From Microcoleus sp. (GTDB lineage Bacteria > Cyanobacteriota > Cyanobacteriia > Cyanobacteriales > Microcoleaceae): a stretch of DNA of 64,000 nt. The stretch spans positions 1,824,001 through 1,888,000 of the forward strand of contig CP181291.1 in the NCBI GenBank assembly GCA_052279835.1, written 5' to 3'. This document shows positions 61,374-64,000 of this stretch, piece after piece. The notes below the pieces were generated by a model, which worked only from the letters and a program-made list of their open reading frames with translations, ran no database searches and was not told the origin of the DNA. The number at the start of each line of letters is the position of its first letter. Positions within the stretch are counted from its first letter, which is position 1. The position numbers were made by a program, and so were the translations under genes.

Positions 61374-63458
61374 TCAGTTTTTTGCTGCTAGCGTCTTGCA
61401 GTTTTCAACTAAACGGAGAAAATCTGCACGGTAGCCTTCTTTGTCTTCACCTTTGGCCTGACTTGCCAGCCTCAATACTTCATCAAAATTGGCTGTTCCC
61501 TTGTACTCAGAATCTCTCAAAACCATGCCAAAAGCAGCTACAGCAGCAGCAAACCTGAAGTTAGCAGAGGTATTTTCCAATTTAACAGGTTTGTCAATTA
61601 CTGACTGTGTAATTAACTGGCTGACTGTCTCGTTAGGTTTTTTATAACGGAATTTGACTTGCATCAATTCATCAGTTTGAGATGCAGACTGAGTGGCTGG
61701 GTTTGGTTGATATTTTAATGGATCGACTTCGGGTAATTTGACATCGCTGGCGACACCAACCGGAATAATTTCGTAAATTGCCGTTACCGAATGTCCTGCA
61801 CCTAATTCACCCGCATCTTTTTTGTCGTCATTAAAATCTTGATTTTGCAAAACTCGATTTTCGTAGCCAACTAGACGGTAAGCTTGAACTTTGGCTGGAT
61901 TGAATTCTACTTGAATTTTAACATCTTTGGCGATGGTAAATAGCGTGCCTCCCATTTGAGTGACTAATACTTTTTTGGCTTCTAATAAACTATCGATATA
62001 AGCGTAATTGCCGTTACCTTTATCGGCTAGCTGTTCCATTTTGGCATCTTGCAAATTACCTGTGCCAAATCCCAAAACACTCAGAAAAACTCCTTGCTCT
62101 CGCTTTTCTTCTATCAGGCGCACCAGTTCCCCATCGCTGGAAGTGCCGACATTAAAATCGCCGTCTGTTGCCAGAATAACGCGGTTGTTTCCTTGTTTGA
62201 TCAAGTTTTCTTTGGCAACTTTATAGGCAAGTTGAATGCCCGCCCCGCCTGCGGTAGAGCCGCCTGCTTGTAACTTATCGAGGGAATCTAAGATCTTTTC
62301 TTTTTGGTTTCCTGGTGTTGGGGGCAAAACTAATCCGGCGGCTCCGGCGTAGACTACAATTGTAACGCTATCTTTGGCTCTCAATTCGCTGACGAGATAT
62401 TTTAAAGATGCTTTGAGTAGCGGCAATTTGTCTGGGGAATTCATGGAACCGGAAACATCGATCAGAAATACGAGATTGTTCGGCGGTAAATCTTTGGTAG
62501 AAATGCTTTTTCCTTGTAAGCCAATGTGGACTAATTTGTGTTGGGGATTCCAGGGTGCATTGGCTACTTCTGTATTTATTGAAAAAGGTCGATCGCCTTT
62601 TGGCTGTGGATAGTCGTAGGTGAAGTAATTAATTAGTTCTTCCAAGCGCACTGCATCTTTTGGCGGCATCACACCGCTATTGATAAAGCGTCGCACATTG
62701 CTGTAGGATGCTGTATCGACATCGATGCCAAAGGTTGACAGTGGGTTGTTGCTAGCCCGCTGATAAGAGTTTTCGTAAATGCGGTTGTATCCTTCGCGAT
62801 CGAATTCTGGTGCAGGCAGATTTGCCGGAGATGATATTGTAGGTGGTGGCGGATTCATGCCCTCAAAAGTTCTACTTCTTAATACATCAGTGCCTGTAAA
62901 ATTGCCAGGAGAACGATTGTTAAATAAAGGAGTAGAATTTTGAATTGCTGCTTGTCGGCGGGGAATTGTTTCTGGAGAAGGTGGCGCTACAATTCCACTA
63001 GCGGGCTCTGAAAGTGGGTGATTTTGGGGGTTAGGATCAAGTGTTGCTTTTGGTAAAGGACTGATTGATGCTAAGTCTGAGGCAAATTCCGATCGCAAAC
63101 GTTGCACTGTGGCTACATCTTCCGGGCTGACTGTGGGTGTACCTGTGGCGATCGCCCGATCGACTTTTTCCAAACAACTATTTAAACTTAGCGCAAAATC
63201 CGAGCGTTTTAAAGCTCGATCGCCTAAAGTAGTACCAAGTGAGGGGAGAATCGGGCAACTGTAGCGTTTTGCTAAGGATAGTAGTGCTTGGAAAGCCCAA
63301 CTATTCGCTGTAATTTCCGCTGCTTGAGAAACATTGGTGGGAGTTGGTGCGCCAGTTTGGCGATCGACTTCTTGGGCGATCGTACTTTGGGGAGCGATGG
63401 AGTAAAAATTTAAAATTACTGGACTTAATACCACTATTTGCAACAAAAGTTTACGCAT
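61374..63458 (-). CDS. Secreted vWA protein (YfbK-like vWF_A/VWA/DUF3520) with porin-type SLH/coiled-coil N-terminus
   Basis: STFGIDVDTASYS, MIDAS DVSGS, LATDGDFNVG and FAAAVAAFG. N-terminal SWAFQALLSLAKRYSC...LNSCL...EDVATVQRLRSEF. Confidence 0.85.
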   Translation of the reverse strand: MRKLLLQIVVLSPVILNFYSIAPQSTIAQEVDRQTGAPTPTNVSQAAEITANSWAFQALLSLAKRYSCPILPSLGTTLGDRALKRSDFALSLNSCLEKVDRAIATGTPTVSPEDVATVQRLRSEFASDLASISPLPKATLDPNPQNHPLSEPASGIVAPPSPETIPRRQAAIQNSTPLFNNRSPGNFTGTDVLRSRTFEGMNPPPPTISSPANLPAPEFDREGYNRIYENSYQRASNNPLSTFGIDVDTASYSNVRRFINSGVMPPKDAVRLEELINYFTYDYPQPKGDRPFSINTEVANAPWNPQHKLVHIGLQGKSISTKDLPPNNLVFLIDVSGSMNSPDKLPLLKASLKYLVSELRAKDSVTIVVYAGAAGLVLPPTPGNQKEKILDSLDKLQAGGSTAGGAGIQLAYKVAKENLIKQGNNRVILATDGDFNVGTSSDGELVRLIEEKREQGVFLSVLGFGTGNLQDAKMEQLADKGNGNYAYIDSLLEAKKVLVTQMGGTLFTIAKDVKIQVEFNPAKVQAYRLVGYENRVLQNQDFNDDKKDAGELGAGHSVTAIYEIIPVGVASDVKLPEVDPLKYQPNPATQSASQTDELMQVKFRYKKPNETVSQLITQSVIDKPVKLENTSANFRFAAAVAAFGMVLRDSEYKGTANFDEVLRLASQAKGEDKEGYRADFLRLVENCKTLAAKN

Positions 63459-63700
63459 CGACTTTTACTCCTGAAGATATTGCGATCGCCCTCTAGAATA
63501 ATATACTACATCGGTTTCCTAATTTGGAATTTTTTAACCACAGAGTACGCAGAGTACGCAGAGAGACTGTGAAGAGAGATGAATAACTATTATGAATAGA
63601 GAAATTGATAATTTAAATGATTCTATTTGCTACTATGATAACATATAGTAGTAGCATCGCTTCTGCCATCTCACATTTTTCCTATAAAATCTAAAATCGA

Positions 63701-64000
63701 ATGACTGTTTCTTCTCCAGTAGCAGATACCAAAAACCAACCCCGCCGCGAAACAGATTGGCGGTTATTCATGAGGTTGGCAACTTACGCAGGGCGCAGCA
63801 AACGCTTGTTAATTATTTCCATCGTCCTATTAGTACCCCTAGCAGTATCCGGCGCAGTTCAACCAGTCTTGATCGGACAGGCAATTTCGCTAATTCGAGC
63901 TGAACCTACCTACGAATTTCTGCGGGGAATGCCTTTGTCTGCTGGATTAAATCTTCTGGCAGTGTTACTGATGTTAACTATCACATTTCGGCTGGCACTG
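63701..64000 (+). CDS. ABC exporter (fused permease/ATPase), N-terminal part; runs off the window
   Basis: Open frame MTVSSPV...ETDWRLFMRLATYA...LLVPLAVSGAVQPVLIGQAI..., a typical elbow helix plus TM1-2. Confidence 0.75.
   Translation, partial: MTVSSPVADTKNQPRRETDWRLFMRLATYAGRSKRLLIISIVLLVPLAVSGAVQPVLIGQAISLIRAEPTYEFLRGMPLSAGLNLLAVLLMLTITFRLAL

Noticed and set aside
368..62613. Many short antisense or alternate-frame ORFs in the track
   Set aside because: They are shadows of long, well-supported genes and carry no recognisable motifs.
1..64000. High density of GCGATCGC as a novel repeat
   Set aside because: This is the known cyanobacterial HIP1 sequence. Only its position at specific junctions is reported.

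Overview
This is chromosomal DNA from a cyanobacterium, probably a filamentous Oscillatoriales-type strain. The inference rests on very frequent HIP1 octamers (GCGATCGC), heptamer tandem repeats and rpaB/labA/ccb4/cyanoexosortase genes. Bases 1-34082 form one co-oriented signal-transduction island. It holds nine histidine kinases (two giant Ser/Thr kinase-AAA-GAF-HK proteins, two multi-PAS paralogues of which one is frameshifted, two membrane hybrid kinases, two REC-HK, one GAF-HK), an orphan SsuA/NMT1-type binding lipoprotein, a single REC protein and a REC-adenylate cyclase as the only visible output. The second half is mostly core genes: rfbB, cyanoexosortase A locus, ccb4, rpaB, radA, ycf38, GST, groESL with CIRCE and K-box, rre1, labA, leuA. 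These are interrupted by accessory patches: an HTH-NB-ARC protein facing two glycine-zipper proteins, a decayed toxin-antitoxin cassette array with HIP1-like junctions, a RelE-like module with an unusually long partner, and a porin-SLH/vWA fusion. Several MITE/REP-like elements are present, two with clear target-site duplications. No rRNA, tRNA, CRISPR array or transposase was seen. All family calls come from motif recognition by eye, not from database searches.
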